A stretch of 62,865 nucleotides of DNA, counting the filler. It is 6 parts of 6 records of this genome, joined end to end, with 100 filler letters (N's around TTAATTAATTAA, not from the genome) between each part and the next. Parts side by side here need not be neighbours in the genome. Positions count along the whole stretch, not along the records: positions 12,168 to 26,043 come from DRR723986_83332; positions 26,144 to 32,548 come from DRR723986_84165; 4 more parts are not named here. One strand, given 5' to 3'. Numbering within the stretch: position 1 is the stretch's first letter; each line of letters starts with the position of its first letter. A program made the translations under genes and the position numbers. This document shows, piece by piece, positions 17,529-28,055 of this stretch. Under the pieces are notes generated by a model. It worked only from the letters and a program-made list of their open reading frames with translations, was not told the origin of the DNA and ran no database searches.

Positions 17529-18290
17529 CTAACCTACTAATCCCGGCACAAAAAACATCAAGGTAATGTTAACGCCATTGTACAGAAAATGCATGAGCAT
17601 GCTGTATCGAATATCTTTGGTATAATGATAGACATAGCCAAACACAATTGCCAAGCCGGTCATAGGAAGTATGTTCCAAGGTTGCCAATGAAAGCCTGCA
17701 AATATTAGAGAAGAAACAATGACTGCAAAATGAATTTTACCATTACTGGTTTCGTTCAAGTAGCGCATAAGCAAACCTCTAAAAACTAGCTCTTCTATAA
17801 AGGCAGGTACCATAGCAAAAACAAACAGAGCAATAGGATAATAACTGATGTTCTTGGAGCTAAACAATTCTACATACTTAGCGTTCAACTCTTCTTCCAT
17901 TTCTAAGAATCCACTATTTGGAATTTGCTCTATACCTGCCCTATTAATCAGATACAATAAATCTGCAGCAAACCACATAACTACGATTCCGGCTAAAGCA
18001 ATTCCGATAAACTTCCATTGAAAAGGACTGCGAAGAATAACGTCATCTGCCTTTTGTTTGGTTAACTTCAAGAACAACCAAAATCCCATTATAAAAATCC
18101 CTAATAAGCCTAGAAAAGCTGAGACATAACTGTACATTGGACCTAAGTCATTGATGTCTTCAATATTTGCTGGTATACCACCTGTGAGCGAGAGGAACAA
18201 AATAAACAATAAGGGACCTACCACGAACAAGCCACTTAAGGTGAACACCAAAAGCAATAAAATTCTTGAACCTGGGGGTAACTCTTCCAT
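17529..18290 (-). CDS. CPBP family (CAAX/Abi) intramembrane metalloprotease
   Basis: PAFIEELVFRG, FAGFH, SMLMHFLYN motifs. Multi-TM. Confidence 0.9.
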   Translation of the reverse strand: MEELPPGSRILLLLVFTLSGLFVVGPLLFILFLSLTGGIPANIEDINDLGPMYSYVSAFLGLLGIFIMGFWLFLKLTKQKADDVILRSPFQWKFIGIALAGIVVMWFAADLLYLINRAGIEQIPNSGFLEMEEELNAKYVELFSSKNISYYPIALFVFAMVPAFIEELVFRGLLMRYLNETSNGKIHFAVIVSSLIFAGFHWQPWNILPMTGLAIVFGYVYHYTKDIRYSMLMHFLYNGVNITLMFFVPGLVG

Positions 18291-18291
18291 A

Positions 18292-19656
18292 TTATTGCAG
18301 CACAACTTTACGTTCTGAATCTAATTTAATGAGAATAAATAGCAAAAGCGAAAAGGTCAAGACAGATGATCCTCCATAGCTGAATAAGGGCAATGGAATA
18401 CCTATTACTGGAGCCAAACCTATCCCCATTCCAACGTTAATCATGAAATGGTAGAAGAAGATACCAGCTACACAATAGGCAAATATTCGAGTATATCTAG
18501 AGCGCTGCCGCTCAGCTACCGACACAATTTTTATCAATAAAATTGAATAGAGAATAACCAGGAATGCCGAGCCTAAGAACCCCCTTTCTTCAGACCAAGT
18601 GCAAAAAATAAAATCCGTACTCTGCATAGGCACATGTTTTTGACTAGCGTTGGCCAACGTAGCTTGCTGATAACCTTTACCTGCAAATCCACCAGACCCT
18701 ATCGCGGCCTTTGCTCTATTAATGTTATATCCTTTACCATCTGGATCTTCAATTTTACCCAATAACAAATCAATACGCTCTTTTTGATGATCATCTAAAA
18801 AGGTTGAATATCCCCACTCAACAAAATTCACAAAGAGAATAGAAACGATCAAACTCCCTATCATAGCTCGATAAAGAGGTGGACGATTTCTTTTCAAAAC
18901 AAATTGTCTGATGAGCAAATAGAACACCAACCCCATAATTAATAAAGCAAGCACAATTCCAAACTTTCCACTCATCTTAATCTTTAGAAAAATGAAACTT
19001 GAATCAGCAACAATTAATGTAATGACCGCAATGATAACAGCAACTAACAAGAATAATAAGATGTTACCGGCATATCCTTCACGATACAATACCAAAATGA
19101 AAGAGGTGAACACGATAAAAGTACCTGCATCAGGTTGCAATAAAACCAAGACACATGGAATCCCAAGAATGGCGATCGTTTTCCAATTTGAAGAAACCAG
19201 CTGCACCAAATATGAAATACTGATACTGGGGGCTAATTTATTTTTTGTGATAGGAATATTAGATAAATGTGCAGAAAGTGCCAAGCAAGCACCCAGCTTC
19301 GCCAACTCTGAAGGTTGTACTCCAAACGAACCCCATCCAAACCATGATCTCGCTCCGTTAATTGGCTCTGTGAACAAAACGGCGACCAGCAGCAACATTA
19401 ATACGCCATAGACCCAGAAGGATAATTTTCTAATAAGTGACCCATCAATTATCATGACTATTACGCCCAAAAACAAGGCAATACCGACCCACATGATTTG
19501 TTTACCATGCTCAGTAGACAAGTCAAACAAATCAGGTTTCATGGGGTCATACACTGACGAGTAGATATTGGAAATTCCCATGATTACCAACAACAAGTAC
19601 AAGCCCACTAGAGCCCAATCAATATCCGCTAATATTTTATCCTCTTTACCTCTCAC
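18292..19656 (-). CDS. rodA: Rod shape-determining protein RodA (SEDS)
   Basis: GARSWF, VQPSELAK, LLQPDAGT, IGSGGFAGKG, TDFIF, SYGGSS. Confidence 0.95.
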   Translation of the reverse strand: MRGKEDKILADIDWALVGLYLLLVIMGISNIYSSVYDPMKPDLFDLSTEHGKQIMWVGIALFLGVIVMIIDGSLIRKLSFWVYGVLMLLLVAVLFTEPINGARSWFGWGSFGVQPSELAKLGACLALSAHLSNIPITKNKLAPSISISYLVQLVSSNWKTIAILGIPCVLVLLQPDAGTFIVFTSFILVLYREGYAGNILLFLLVAVIIAVITLIVADSSFIFLKIKMSGKFGIVLALLIMGLVFYLLIRQFVLKRNRPPLYRAMIGSLIVSILFVNFVEWGYSTFLDDHQKERIDLLLGKIEDPDGKGYNINRAKAAIGSGGFAGKGYQQATLANASQKHVPMQSTDFIFCTWSEERGFLGSAFLVILYSILLIKIVSVAERQRSRYTRIFAYCVAGIFFYHFMINVGMGIGLAPVIGIPLPLFSYGGSSVLTFSLLLFILIKLDSERKVVLQ

Positions 19657-21533
19657 TATTTCTTTTTCGGAACCACTTTAATTGGCATTAAATCGGCCTC
19701 TAAAATTCTGTTCTCTTTGTTCGTGTCTGCAATGGCACCAGTCAAATATTTTTCAATCAACAAACTCGCAATCGGTGCTGCCCATGTTCCTCCAAAACCT
19801 GAATTCTCTATATAAACCGACACCGCAATTTTAGGGTCATCCTTAGGAGCAAAGGCGATAAAAATAGAATGATCAACCAGCTGCTCTCGTTTACCATTAA
19901 TAATTTTAAAATTCTCGGCTGTACCTGTTTTACCGCAAATGTTTAAGCTGTCTACTCTAGCTCTTCTTGCTGTTCCTCCTGGCTCATGCACCACTCGCCA
20001 CATCCCATCAATTACCGGTTCAAAATTTTCAGGTTCAACCATTGTTTTTTGTTTGATGGTATAAATATCGGGGATATCCTGACCTTCAATCTCTTTGATA
20101 AAATGTGGGTAATAAAAATGTCCTCTATTGGCCATAATCGCAGCAATATTTGCCATTTCAAGCGGACTTACAAGTACCTCTCCCTGACCAATAGAATTCG
20201 AATAAATCGTACTGTAGGCCCAACCATATTTCCCATAAGGATTAGACTTTGATGGAAACTCGTTATCGTAAAAATTAGTATTCGGAACGAAACCATAGCG
20301 AATGGCTGGAAAATCAGTTTTCAAATCAACTCCCAGTCCAAAACTTTTTAAGTACTTGGCCCAAATATCGAGGCCTTCAGCAGCATCAACAAAATGACTT
20401 TTGTGTTTGCCTTGTTGGATGATTTTTCGAGTCAGGTAATAGAAATAAGGATTACAAGACATTTTTACACCGTCTGAAACTCCTCTAGCAGTTGGGTGAT
20501 TGTGGCAACCCACCAAACTTTTCGTACATGGAAAACTAGCTTCTTCAGTTATTACGCCCTCTTGCAAAGCAATCAATGCCATTAATAGTTTAAATGTTGA
20601 ACCTGGTGGATAAGTCGAATTGGCCGATCGGTTTTGTAAAGGCAAGGTAGTATCCTTCATCAATTCTCCATAATTCTGCCCCAATCTTCTTCCTACCAAC
20701 AAGTTAGGGTCATAAGTCGGTGATGAAATCATAGTGAGAATTTCTCCTGAACTAGGTTCAAGAACAACTACCGAACCTCTTTTATTTTGCATTAAGCGTT
20801 CTCCGTATTTCTGCAGTTCAGCATCAATGGTCAAGGTGATGCTGGAACCCTGTTCAGCCAATGTATCATATTTACCATTTTCGTATCGATCTGTTTCAAC
20901 ACCAATGGCATCTTGCAAATAGTACTTTACCCCTTTTTTCCCTCGCAGGACTTTTTCATAGCTTTTTTCAATTCCACTTTTTCCAATTAAATCACCTGAC
21001 TTGTAGTAAGGATCAGCTTTAATATTGGTAGAATCCACTTCAGACATATAGCCTAATACATGCGCGGCAATTGGATTTGGGTAAATTCTCAGGGTTCTCT
21101 CTACCTCATAAAATCCGGGATATTTATAGAGTTCTGGGGCAATATCAGCAAATTCATCTGGTGGAATCTGCTTCACCATTTCAGAAGATTTACGATAAGA
21201 ATAATCACGCGCCTTATTCATTTGACGCTCGTAATCTTCAATACTGATATCAATCAATTTGGCAAAAGCAACACTATCCATGTCTTCAGACATTTGATTG
21301 GGGATTACTCGAATGTCATAATACACTTCATTCGAAATCAGCTTGATTTTATTTCTGTCGTAAACAATCCCTCTAGCCGGATAAGTGATGACTTTGTTCT
21401 CAGATATTTGAGCTGCTCTTTCTTTCCATTTATCATCTACCACCTGCATAAAAAACAACCTTATCACAAAAATGAGTGGGATAAGGATGAATATGAGGGC
21501 AATGATATATTTTCTATTGTCAATATTCTTCAT
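19656..21533 (-). CDS. mrdA: Penicillin-binding protein 2
   Basis: PARGIVYDRN, YPPGSTFK (SxxK), SCN (SxN), GKTGTAE (KTG). Lies in the mre operon. Confidence 0.95.
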   Translation of the reverse strand: MKNIDNRKYIIALIFILIPLIFVIRLFFMQVVDDKWKERAAQISENKVITYPARGIVYDRNKIKLISNEVYYDIRVIPNQMSEDMDSVAFAKLIDISIEDYERQMNKARDYSYRKSSEMVKQIPPDEFADIAPELYKYPGFYEVERTLRIYPNPIAAHVLGYMSEVDSTNIKADPYYKSGDLIGKSGIEKSYEKVLRGKKGVKYYLQDAIGVETDRYENGKYDTLAEQGSSITLTIDAELQKYGERLMQNKRGSVVVLEPSSGEILTMISSPTYDPNLLVGRRLGQNYGELMKDTTLPLQNRSANSTYPPGSTFKLLMALIALQEGVITEEASFPCTKSLVGCHNHPTARGVSDGVKMSCNPYFYYLTRKIIQQGKHKSHFVDAAEGLDIWAKYLKSFGLGVDLKTDFPAIRYGFVPNTNFYDNEFPSKSNPYGKYGWAYSTIYSNSIGQGEVLVSPLEMANIAAIMANRGHFYYPHFIKEIEGQDIPDIYTIKQKTMVEPENFEPVIDGMWRVVHEPGGTARRARVDSLNICGKTGTAENFKIINGKREQLVDHSIFIAFAPKDDPKIAVSVYIENSGFGGTWAAPIASLLIEKYLTGAIADTNKENRILEADLMPIKVVPKKK

Positions 21534-22051
21534 TGCTTGGACGGTTTATAGAAGATATATTGAAATAAAATCACCAATGCAAGCGAGAAAATAAATGATA
21601 AAAATGCTTTGCCGAGAATTAAAAAGAATAAATCAAATCTTAAAATCTCAAAGCTGAAAAACCAGAGGTGATGTAAGAAAATCATTACGGAACCGTAGGC
21701 CAAAAACCAAACCGCACCCATATCTTGAATAGATGGTAACAATGAAGTGTCATAACCCTCTTTAGGTTTGATATACCTGATAATGGTTGGTCTTAAATAA
21801 CCTATGAACAAAGCCGAAGAAGCATGCAGACCAAAAGTATTGGAAAAGGCATCAACGCTTAAACCTAAAAATAAGGCCACCGCCATAGTTACGATCGCAT
21901 TCAATTCAAAAGGCAGCATCAAAATCATAATGGGGTAAACCATAGGGTTGAAATACTCATTGAGTTGAATATTGTTCACCACCAGCCCTTGAATCAGCAC
22001 GATCAAGATGAATACTAGACCATATTTTACCCAATTATTATTCATTGTCAT
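21530..22051 (-). CDS. mreD: Rod shape-determining protein MreD
   Basis: Hydrophobic; GLSVDAFSNTFGLHA motif; lies between mreC and mrdA. Confidence 0.9.
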   Translation of the reverse strand: MTMNNNWVKYGLVFILIVLIQGLVVNNIQLNEYFNPMVYPIMILMLPFELNAIVTMAVALFLGLSVDAFSNTFGLHASSALFIGYLRPTIIRYIKPKEGYDTSLLPSIQDMGAVWFLAYGSVMIFLHHLWFFSFEILRFDLFFLILGKAFLSFIFSLALVILFQYIFYKPSKQ

Positions 22052-22874
22052 TAAATAGATCAGCTTCTAGTTGATCTTGCTCTTTTTTAAGTATGTTTTT
22101 TACCACATAAACGTGATAAACTGAATTGAAATTCACTGAAAGTTCAATGTTCACATCCAAGGTAGATTTCCCATCTATAGAAATCAACTCTTTTACAGTT
22201 CCGACTACTTGATTTTCAGGGAAAATTCCTTTGTTACCTCTGGTAATTACCTCATCACCTTCTTTAATATCTATATCTCGTGTAACACCATTTAATTGTG
22301 CTACAGCATTGTCTTTTCCGTCCCATTTTAACAGCCAATGTTCATTATTTTTGGCCAGTTTCACGGAAATATTGATGTTTTCTGAAAGTAGCGTTTTTAC
22401 AATAGCATAATGAGAAGAGACATCAACGACAAAACCAATTGCACCATCCTTTGAAATGACTCCCATTCCTTCTTCAATTCCAGATTTGGATCCTTTATTT
22501 AAAGTAAAATAGTTGTCGCGTTTATTGTCAGAAGAGTTGATGACTTGAGCCGGAATGTAGGAGTACTGTTGCTCGAAGAGGGTATCATTCACATAATAAA
22601 CTTTGTCTTGAAGCTGGTAAAAACTCTCTGGCATCAAGCCGCGTAATTTCGCGTTCTCTTGAGCTAAACTATCGTTTGCCTCGCTTAAAGAAAAGTGTTT
22701 TGTGATGTTGTGTTTTTTCTCAACGAACCATCCAACAATACCTGATGAGGTATTGACCATTTTGGCCTTATGATAATTTTTTGAGTTGAAAAATAGACCT
22801 AATACAAATAACTGCAGCAATAAAAAGATTATAAAATCTCTAAATTTCTTTAAGAATTGGAGCAGTCTTCGCAT
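22038..22874 (-). CDS. mreC: Rod shape-determining protein MreC
   Basis: N-terminal TM, LAQENAKLR coil, LNKGSKSGIEEGMGV, GDEVIT. Confidence 0.93.
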   Translation of the reverse strand: MRRLLQFLKKFRDFIIFLLLQLFVLGLFFNSKNYHKAKMVNTSSGIVGWFVEKKHNITKHFSLSEANDSLAQENAKLRGLMPESFYQLQDKVYYVNDTLFEQQYSYIPAQVINSSDNKRDNYFTLNKGSKSGIEEGMGVISKDGAIGFVVDVSSHYAIVKTLLSENINISVKLAKNNEHWLLKWDGKDNAVAQLNGVTRDIDIKEGDEVITRGNKGIFPENQVVGTVKELISIDGKSTLDVNIELSVNFNSVYHVYVVKNILKKEQDQLEADLFNDNE

Positions 22875-22901
22875 TTATCATTCAGGTGCTGTCGGTTAAT
22901 A

Positions 22902-23930
22902 CTATCTCATTAAGAATTGGAAACGATCGATATTTTTCAATGCAATACTTGTTCCTCTTGCTACTGCTCTTAGTGGATCTTCTGCAATGTGAACAGGTAA
23001 TTTAGTTTTCATTGAAATTCGTTTGTCCAAGCCTCTTAACATTGACCCTCCACCTGCTAAGTAGATACCTGTTTTATAAATATCTGCAGAAAGTTCTGGT
23101 GGCGTCATCTCTAATGCACTTAAAATCGCTTCTTCTATTTTAGAAACAGATTTGTCAAGCGCGTGTGCGATTTCTGAGTAAGTAATCAATATCTCTTTTG
23201 GAATACCTGTCATTAAATCTCTACCTCGTACGGCAAATGGTTCAGGTACTTTATCCTCATCTAGCTCGGTTAATGCCGAACCAACTTGAATTTTAATTTG
23301 TTCAGCCGTTCTTTCACCTACAAGGATGTTATGCTGACGTCTCATGTATTCTTCAATATCAGAAGTAAAGTCATCACCGGCAACACGAATAGATTTATCA
23401 CAAACGATACCTCCTAAAGCGATTACCGCAATTTCAGAAGTACCCCCTCCTATATCAATGATCATGTTCCCCATTGGCTCTTCAACATCAATACCGATAC
23501 CGATTGCAGCCGCCATAGGCTCATGAATCAAATACACTTCTTTGGCTCCGGCATGCTCTGCGGAGTCACGTACGGCTCTTTTCTCAACCTCAGTAATCCC
23601 TGAAGGGATACAAATCACCATTTTCAAAGAAGGATTAATAATTTTTGGTCCTGAATGAATCATCTTGATCATTCCACGGATCATTTGCTCAGCAGATTCG
23701 AAATCAGCAATTACACCATCTTTCAAGGGCCTAATTGTTTCGATTAATTTGTGTGTTTTTCCGTGCATTTGTTGCGCCGTTTTTCCGATTGCAACAATTT
23801 TTCCGGTTTGAATGTCTTTCGCAACAATTGAGGGTTCATCCACAACAACTTTGTCGTTCATGATGATTAGCGTATTCGCCGTTCCCAGGTCAATTGCTAT
23901 TTCTTGTGATAAAAAATCAAATAATCCCAT
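22902..23930 (-). CDS. mreB: Rod shape-determining actin MreB
   Basis: IAIDLGTANT, RPLKDGVIADF, DIGGGTSE, LAGGGSML. Confidence 0.98.
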   Translation of the reverse strand: MGLFDFLSQEIAIDLGTANTLIIMNDKVVVDEPSIVAKDIQTGKIVAIGKTAQQMHGKTHKLIETIRPLKDGVIADFESAEQMIRGMIKMIHSGPKIINPSLKMVICIPSGITEVEKRAVRDSAEHAGAKEVYLIHEPMAAAIGIGIDVEEPMGNMIIDIGGGTSEIAVIALGGIVCDKSIRVAGDDFTSDIEEYMRRQHNILVGERTAEQIKIQVGSALTELDEDKVPEPFAVRGRDLMTGIPKEILITYSEIAHALDKSVSKIEEAILSALEMTPPELSADIYKTGIYLAGGGSMLRGLDKRISMKTKLPVHIAEDPLRAVARGTSIALKNIDRFQFLMR

Positions 23931-24039
23931 CTGCTTCCTTTGTATTTAAATTTGGTCTATTCTATCTGTTTTACTCATTATTCAGGAATTTGTTACCAAA
24001 ACTCTGATTTTCGTCTTTTGTAGACCAAATAATTGGTGT

Positions 24040-25569
24040 TTAATGTTTAAAATGTCTGTTCCCTGTGAACACCATGCTCACCCCGTTTTCATTGCAATAA
24101 TTAATCGAAAGTTCGTCTTTTATTGAACCTCCTGGTTGAATAACAGCAGTTATCCCTGCCTTATCCGCAATTTCTACACAATCAGGAAAGGGGAAAAATG
24201 CATCTGATGCCATTACTGCTCCCTTTAAATCAAAGTTAAATGATTCCGCTTTGTGAATGGCTTGTCTCAGGGCGTCAACTCTAGATGTCTGACCTGTTCC
24301 GCTTGCTAAAAGCTGACCGTTCTTTGCCAAAACAATTGTATTTGATTTGGTATGTTTCACCAATTTATTCGCGAACTCTAAATCCTTTACTTCCTGTTGA
24401 GAAGGTGATGTTTTCGTCTTCGTTTCAAAATCTGCAGCTTTATCAGTAATTGCATCTTTATCTTGCTCTAGCACGCCATTCAAAATCGTTCTGAACTGTT
24501 TTTTAGGTAATTCAACCGGCTTTTGAACCATCAATACTCTATTCTTTTTTTCTTTTAATATCTCTAAAGCAGCCGCATCAAATGAAGGAGCAATCACTAC
24601 TTCACAAAATAAGCTGTTAATTTCTTGCGCCGTATCTGCATCTATTTTAGCATTGGCAATTAATATTCCGCCAAAAGCCGAAACGGGGTCCCCTGCTAAA
24701 GCATCAACATATGCTTCTTTGATTGTTGCTCTCGTTGCAAAGCCACAAGCATTGTTGTGTTTTAAAATCGCAAATGTCGGATCGTCATTTTTGAAGTCCT
24801 CCATTAAATTCACAGCAGCATCAACATCTAATAGGTTGTTATAGGATAATTCTTTACCATGTAACTTATCAAAGATGCCATCTAAATCTCCATAAAAAAC
24901 TCCGTTCTGATGAGGGTTCTCACCATATCTTAATGTTTTAGCAGGAGAATAACTTGCCTTAAATCCTGAGATATTTTTCTCAGTGAAATAGTTAAAAATA
25001 TGCGTATCGTAATGAGACGACACATTGAATGATGCTGTCGCAAAATCTTTTCTTTGACCCAAAGTTGTTGAGCCGTCACCCGTATTTAAAATATCCAAAA
25101 ATGCTTGATATTGATCTTTAGAAGGGATAATAACTACATCAGAATAATTCTTTGCGGCTGCTCTTATTAATGAGATTCCTCCAATATCAATTTTTTCGAT
25201 AATGTCTGCATGGTCAGCTCCGCTTGCCACTGTATCTTCAAAAGGATAGAGGTCAACAATTACTAAATCAATTTCAGGTATTTCAAACTCAGCAATTTGA
25301 GATTGATCACCCTCATTGGCTCTTCTATTCAAGATTCCTCCAAAAACTTTCGGATGTAAGGTTTTCACTCGACCTCCCAAAATTGAGGGATATGATGTTA
25401 GATCCTCTACTCGTTCAACTGAGATTCCGAGATCTTCAATGAAACTTTGTGTTCCTCCAGTTGAATAAATTGTAACTCCTAGTTCGTTTAATCTTTTTGC
25501 GATCTTGTCAAGACCTTGCTTATCAAATACGGAAATTAAAGCGTTTTTAATCGTTTTTTTATCAGACAT
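24040..25569 (-). CDS. purH: Bifunctional AICAR transformylase/IMP cyclohydrolase
   Basis: ALISVFDK, GGRVKTLHP, LRYGENPHQ, SDAFFPFPD, QPGGSIKD, RHFKH. Confidence 0.98.
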   Translation of the reverse strand: MSDKKTIKNALISVFDKQGLDKIAKRLNELGVTIYSTGGTQSFIEDLGISVERVEDLTSYPSILGGRVKTLHPKVFGGILNRRANEGDQSQIAEFEIPEIDLVIVDLYPFEDTVASGADHADIIEKIDIGGISLIRAAAKNYSDVVIIPSKDQYQAFLDILNTGDGSTTLGQRKDFATASFNVSSHYDTHIFNYFTEKNISGFKASYSPAKTLRYGENPHQNGVFYGDLDGIFDKLHGKELSYNNLLDVDAAVNLMEDFKNDDPTFAILKHNNACGFATRATIKEAYVDALAGDPVSAFGGILIANAKIDADTAQEINSLFCEVVIAPSFDAAALEILKEKKNRVLMVQKPVELPKKQFRTILNGVLEQDKDAITDKAADFETKTKTSPSQQEVKDLEFANKLVKHTKSNTIVLAKNGQLLASGTGQTSRVDALRQAIHKAESFNFDLKGAVMASDAFFPFPDCVEIADKAGITAVIQPGGSIKDELSINYCNENGVSMVFTGNRHFKH

Positions 25570-25604
25570 TCTTGAATTTAAAATGGGGTTTATCCTATGC
25601 GTTG

Positions 25605-25612
25605 CAAAGTTA
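25605..25612 (-). promoter_or_regulatory. Bacteroidota -7 promoter element for purH
   Basis: Minus strand TAACTTTG matches the TAnnTTTG consensus, 35 nt upstream of the ATG. Confidence 0.6.
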
Positions 25613-25749
25613 GGGAATAAAAGGAAGGAAATGGTTTTTATCCCTTTAAGAAATGGCTTATTTTTAATAAGTGCGTTGATTTGTTAATTATTCGCCACTT
25701 AGAAAGAGTAAAAGGGATAAAAACCGGGACGTTGAGGTCCTCTATTTTT

Positions 25750-26043
25750 TTCTTGTTCGATTTAAAAGAATTGCTTCTGTCGGTTCGTGGCTTCGTCCGC
25801 GTCTATGCCTGCGGCATGACGCTCTTCGTTCGGCTTGGCATCTCGGCTTCACCGAGATTGAAGCCTGTTCGTGCGTTCATCAAATCGGCTCTGCCAATTT
25901 AATTCTCTGTTCGGAAAGTCTTGCAATAAGTGAAACGAACAGTGAAAAGTTTGCTTAAGGCGAACTTTGAACGAACGAACAGGTTTAAGAATCGGCAGCG
26001 CCGAGTCGAAAAACCGAACGAACAGCTCCGCGAAGCTGGAGCG
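25750..26043. repeat. Long imperfect inverted-repeat element with nested hairpins (continues at 12189-12240)
   Basis: Arms 25821-25879 and 25968-26026 are 43/59 complementary by hand alignment. Inner CTGTTCG/CGAACAG pair. Small hairpins sit at mirrored positions. Confidence 0.75.
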
Positions 26044-26299
26044 NNNNNNNNNNNNNNNNNNNNNNNNNNNNNNNNNNNNNNNNNNNNTTAATTAATTAAN
26101 NNNNNNNNNNNNNNNNNNNNNNNNNNNNNNNNNNNNNNNNNNNATTTGAAAATAGGGTAAAATAGCTAGCTATCTATATTTTGTGTTAGAAGTTGGTAAT
26201 TCTAACAAACCATTTTCTAGAACTATAGAAATGCTTTGATTGCCTAGAAAAGCAAAAACCCCAACTCTCAATATTTCAGATAGTTAGGGTTTTGTGGTG

Positions 26300-26384
26300 C
26301 AGAGGAAGAGGGATTCGAACCCCCGGTACCTCACGGTACAACGGTTTTCAAGACCGCCGCATTCGACCGCTCTGCCATTCCTCT
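26300..26384 (-). tRNA. tRNA-Ser (UGA)
   Basis: Reverse complement AGAGGAATGGCAGAGCGGTCGAATGCGGCGGTC-TTGAAA-ACCGTT...GGTTCGAATCCCTCTTCCTCTG. Long variable arm, anticodon TGA. Confidence 0.95.
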
Positions 26385-26420
26385 AGGTCGTCTTCAGGGA
26401 TAATTCCCTGATTTGGTCTG

Positions 26421-26428
26421 CAAAGGTA
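26421..26428 (-). promoter_or_regulatory. Bacteroidota -7 promoter element for tRNA-Ser
   Basis: Minus strand TACCTTTG (TAnnTTTG), 36 nt upstream of the tRNA. Confidence 0.6.
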
Positions 26429-26648
26429 AATTAAAAGCTAACTTTTACAAAGCCTCTTTTGCCTTTTTGTTCTAACCCGCTGATTGTTTAGGGATTATTT
26501 TTTAAAAAAAATGAGGTTGAAAGAGTTTCCAAATAAAATTTTGGGCTTTTCTACCGGGTTCTAGCTCAAATAAGTAATAAAAATGGAGGTAGATCTTTTG
26601 AATAGTGGTGGTTCTGGTTGATAGGATACAAAAATTGCAGATCTATAT

Positions 26649-27635
26649 TTATTCCGCGATAATACTTTTTGTGTCTAAAGTAGAACTATCCGGTTCCGCA
26701 CTTCTTTTACGCTTCTTATTTTCTTCTACCAAATCCAAACTCACATTCACCTCAAAGCATACAATCACAATAATTGAGGTGATCAGAAGCCATAGCATCA
26801 ACGCAATCAAAGTGCCTATTGAACCATATAGCTTGTTGTAGCTGGCAAAATTATTTAAGTAAAAGGAGAAGCCATAAAATCCAAACGTGATCAATAGCCC
26901 TGCTAATTTGGCTCCTGTAGAAAAGAAATTCCATTTGTCATGAACTGCAGGAGCAAATCTAAAAATGAATGCAGTAGTGATGTAAAACATCAAAAGTAAT
27001 ATCAGAAATTTCAGGCTGGAAAATAAGAAAATCATAAATCCCGAATTGAACACCTGAAGCTCATCCAGTCTTCTGATTAATACTCCTCCCACAATCATGA
27101 CTATGCTGGCGGTGATCACCGTAAATGCCAATACCATCACAATGCTCACTGCGATTCCTCGGCTTTGAAGGAAACCACGGTTGTCTTTGGTCTGGTAAAC
27201 GGAGTTAAAGGAATTCATCATAGACATTACTCCCTGGGTGGAAGCAAATAATGCAAAGAAAAAACCCAAGGATAGCATGCTCTGTCTTGGCTTGGAAACA
27301 ATATCCATGATGGTGTTTTCCGATTGAGTATATACTTCTGCAGGTAGTATTTCTTGGATAAAGGTCAGGATATTTTGCGTAGTAATGTATGGGAAAATGT
27401 CCTGCAGGTAGGGGATCAAGTTTAGCAAGAAAAGAATTAAAGGGAATAGGGCGATAGTGAAGCTAAATGCCATTGACCCTGCACGCTCGATGATATCATC
27501 CTTTTGTAGTTGAACCAAAAATATCCTTCCTACATCAAACAAGTTCTTGTCCGGATCGCCGAAATGAATTTTCTTAAGCTTGCGTGCTTGCCAAAGTAAC
27601 TTGACTTCTAACCTAAGGATTTTTGTTTTGATCAC
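26649..27635 (-). CDS. YihY/BrkB family membrane protein
   Basis: RAGSMAFSFTIALFP, YNKLYGSIGTLIALMLW. Multi-TM. Confidence 0.92.
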   Translation of the reverse strand: MIKTKILRLEVKLLWQARKLKKIHFGDPDKNLFDVGRIFLVQLQKDDIIERAGSMAFSFTIALFPLILFLLNLIPYLQDIFPYITTQNILTFIQEILPAEVYTQSENTIMDIVSKPRQSMLSLGFFFALFASTQGVMSMMNSFNSVYQTKDNRGFLQSRGIAVSIVMVLAFTVITASIVMIVGGVLIRRLDELQVFNSGFMIFLFSSLKFLILLLMFYITTAFIFRFAPAVHDKWNFFSTGAKLAGLLITFGFYGFSFYLNNFASYNKLYGSIGTLIALMLWLLITSIIVIVCFEVNVSLDLVEENKKRKRSAEPDSSTLDTKSIIAE

Positions 27636-27636
27636 T

Positions 27637-28053
27637 TTACCTTACTTCTTGAAAATACGCTTTCAATAAAGCTAACAAATTATGTGGAGGTCTGGTCGGA
27701 CGATGACTGTCTTTTTTGAGGAAAGTTAGAATAGTCCAACCTTCTGTGATTAATTCTCCCTGCGAATTAAAGACCTGATATTCAAACCTGATTCTGACTC
27801 CAGGGAGGGTTGGAATAGTGGTTTTAATGGTAAGTAATTCATCATATTTACCTGGCTTGAGGTAGCGGAAATGACTTTCTAGCACAGGCATCATTACCCC
27901 CTCATCCTCCATTTCCTTGTATGAAAAACCAATACTCCGCATGGCTTCCACTCTGGCCACCTCGAAGTACATCGCGTAATTACCATAATAGACATAACTC
28001 ATTTGGTCAGTCTCAGCATATCTTACACGAATTTGAGTTTCTGCTTGATACAT
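27637..28053 (-). CDS. YbgC/FadM family acyl-CoA thioesterase
   Basis: RVRYAETDQMSYVYYGNYAMYFEVAR hotdog motif. Confidence 0.93.
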   Translation of the reverse strand: MYQAETQIRVRYAETDQMSYVYYGNYAMYFEVARVEAMRSIGFSYKEMEDEGVMMPVLESHFRYLKPGKYDELLTIKTTIPTLPGVRIRFEYQVFNSQGELITEGWTILTFLKKDSHRPTRPPHNLLALLKAYFQEVR

Positions 28054-28055
28054 AC

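Noticed and set aside
25681-25902. 73-aa ORF upstream of purH
   Set aside because: TTG start, no motifs, and it overlies the structured inverted-repeat element.
12168-26043. Contig 3 as a plasmid or phage because of its terminal direct repeat
   Set aside because: It carries only chromosomal housekeeping genes and no rep, par or phage genes. The overlap falls in a hairpin repeat. Kept only as a topology question under findings.
26144-26299. Possible integrative-element end downstream of tRNA-Ser
   Set aside because: Only ~150 nt are available. The hairpin at ~26255-26294 is explained as the tRNA terminator, and no integrase or att duplication is visible.
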